Assembly (NCBI GenBank): GCA_903893675.1 | Contig: CAITNA010000174.1 | Span: 1 to 55,945, forward strand | Source of the DNA: an uncultured Micrococcales bacterium | GTDB taxonomy: Bacteria; Actinomycetota; Actinomycetes; Actinomycetales; Microbacteriaceae | DNA: 55,945 bases | Direction of reading: 5' to 3' | Shown here: positions 55,034-55,945 of the stretch, piece after piece | How the letters are laid out: every line of letters begins with the position of its first letter | How positions within the stretch are numbered: the first letter of the stretch is position 1 | The notes under the pieces: model-generated | What the model was told of the DNA's origin: nothing | Databases searched by the model: none | The model's input: the letters and a program-made list of their open reading frames with translations, nothing else | Program-made: the position numbers and the translations under genes

Positions 55034-55039
55034 AAAGTC

Positions 55040-55069
55040 AGTCTAGGCGAGGCCGAGCGGTTCGCGCAA
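55040..55069 (-). promoter_or_regulatory. Putative rplJL promoter
   Basis: TTGCGC (55064-55069), 18-nt spacer, TAGACT (55040-55045). Confidence 0.55.
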
Positions 55070-55098
55070 GCCCCAAGCCCACGCGAACCACCCGATCG

Positions 55099-55945
55099 CT
55101 ATTTCTTCAGTTGGTTCGTGGTGTCGACCTGATAACCCCAGGCTGGCAGGGTCACGGTCTGGCTTGCCGGGATGCTCACCAGCTTGTTGCTCGCATAGTC
55201 ATAGAGCTTGCCGGCCGAGGCTCCCCACGACAGGGTCACCTTCTGCGACTTGTTGGTGAGGTTGATGGCGACCAGCACCTTCGACTTGCCAGACGAACGA
55301 ACGTAGGCCATCACACCATCCTTGTTGGTGGTGACCACACGGATGGCGCCTGCCGCCGAACCCACCGCGAGCGCGGCATTGGTCGACTTGAGCGAGACGA
55401 GCTTGGTGTAAAAAGCGGTCATTGGGCTAGCCACCCAAGGAATCTGGTCTTTCTCGAAGAACGCAAGCTGCTTGTTCATGCCGACCTCTTGCCCGTTATA
55501 GATCAGCGGTGCGCCTGGCAGCGTGAAGTAGAGCACGCTGGCGGCCTTCACTGCGCCGACCGAACCAAGGCGGGCATACTCGGTGCCGTTCCACGAGTTC
55601 TCGTCGTGGTTGGTGATGAAGTTCATCGGGAAAGTGCCGGCCGGGTAGCTGGACTGGATGTTCGAGATCTGTCCGTTGAAGTCATACTTGTTGCCGTTGT
55701 TCGAGCTGAGGGTGTTCTCGGTGCCCAGCAACGACCAGTTGTATGCACTCGAGAAGTCGGTGCCCATGCTCACGTCACCAGGAGCTGCTTCTGCGAGCAT
55801 CCATAGAGGTTTGATTGATTCAAGCGCCACGGATGCCTGGTGCCAGAAGTCATTTGGAACCATGCCGGCAGCATCACAACGGAAGCCGTCGATGTCATAG
55901 GTGTTGACCCAGTACTTCATCGAGTCGACCATCGCCGCGCGCATC
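55099..55945 (-). CDS. Alpha-amylase family (GH13) glycoside hydrolase, 5' part outside the window
   Basis: Catalytic motifs 'DGFRCDAA', 'MLAEA', 'FITNHDEN', 'PLIYNGQE', and a C-terminal beta domain. Confidence 0.9.
   Translation of the reverse strand, partial: MRAAMVDSMKYWVNTYDIDGFRCDAAGMVPNDFWHQASVALESIKPLWMLAEAAPGDVSMGTDFSSAYNWSLLGTENTLSSNNGNKYDFNGQISNIQSSYPAGTFPMNFITNHDENSWNGTEYARLGSVGAVKAASVLYFTLPGAPLIYNGQEVGMNKQLAFFEKDQIPWVASPMTAFYTKLVSLKSTNAALAVGSAAGAIRVVTTNKDGVMAYVRSSGKSKVLVAINLTNKSQKVTLSWGASAGKLYDYASNKLVSIPASQTVTLPAWGYQVDTTNQLKK

Noticed and set aside
54847-55806. 319-aa plus-strand ORF
   Set aside because: Antisense to the GH13 gene and the L10 leader, with no recognisable motifs.

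Overview
High-GC, gene-dense actinobacterial DNA. The RplL/RplJ sequences, the heliorhodopsin and many apparently leaderless genes suggest a freshwater Microbacteriaceae (inference). The first ~21 kb is mostly housekeeping and metabolic: a glycerophosphotransferase (5' truncated), an SDR, an MFS pump, a heliorhodopsin-DUF1295 pair, an esterase, nrdHIEF with tandem NrdR boxes followed by mntH, an ABC half-transporter, asparaginase II, gabD, a PuuD-like hydrolase, a ChoD-like GMC oxidase and a saccharopine-dehydrogenase-family enzyme. About 57% of the window is one 32-kb minus-strand gene for a ~10,720-aa surface protein. Its order is: signal peptide, PA14-like tip, ~5,000-aa beta-helix-like region built from 12 ~400-aa super-repeats, 35 Ig-like repeats (one interrupted by an inserted globular domain), 5 Cys-paired Ig-like domains, 3 FN3-like domains, a Pro/Thr linker and a ~10-TM membrane domain in place of a sortase signal. 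It is coupled by 1-nt stop/start overlaps to a small DxDxDG-repeat membrane protein and an alpha/beta hydrolase. The window ends with rplL, rplJ, the L10 leader and a truncated GH13 amylase. Not in the ORF track: the 13.8-14.2 kb intergenic region holds a candidate ~88-nt sRNA with its own promoter and terminator, and a divergent 34-aa hydrophobic ORF with a sequestered RBS, resembling a type I toxin-antitoxin layout. All family calls are from motif recognition by eye; no database search was run.
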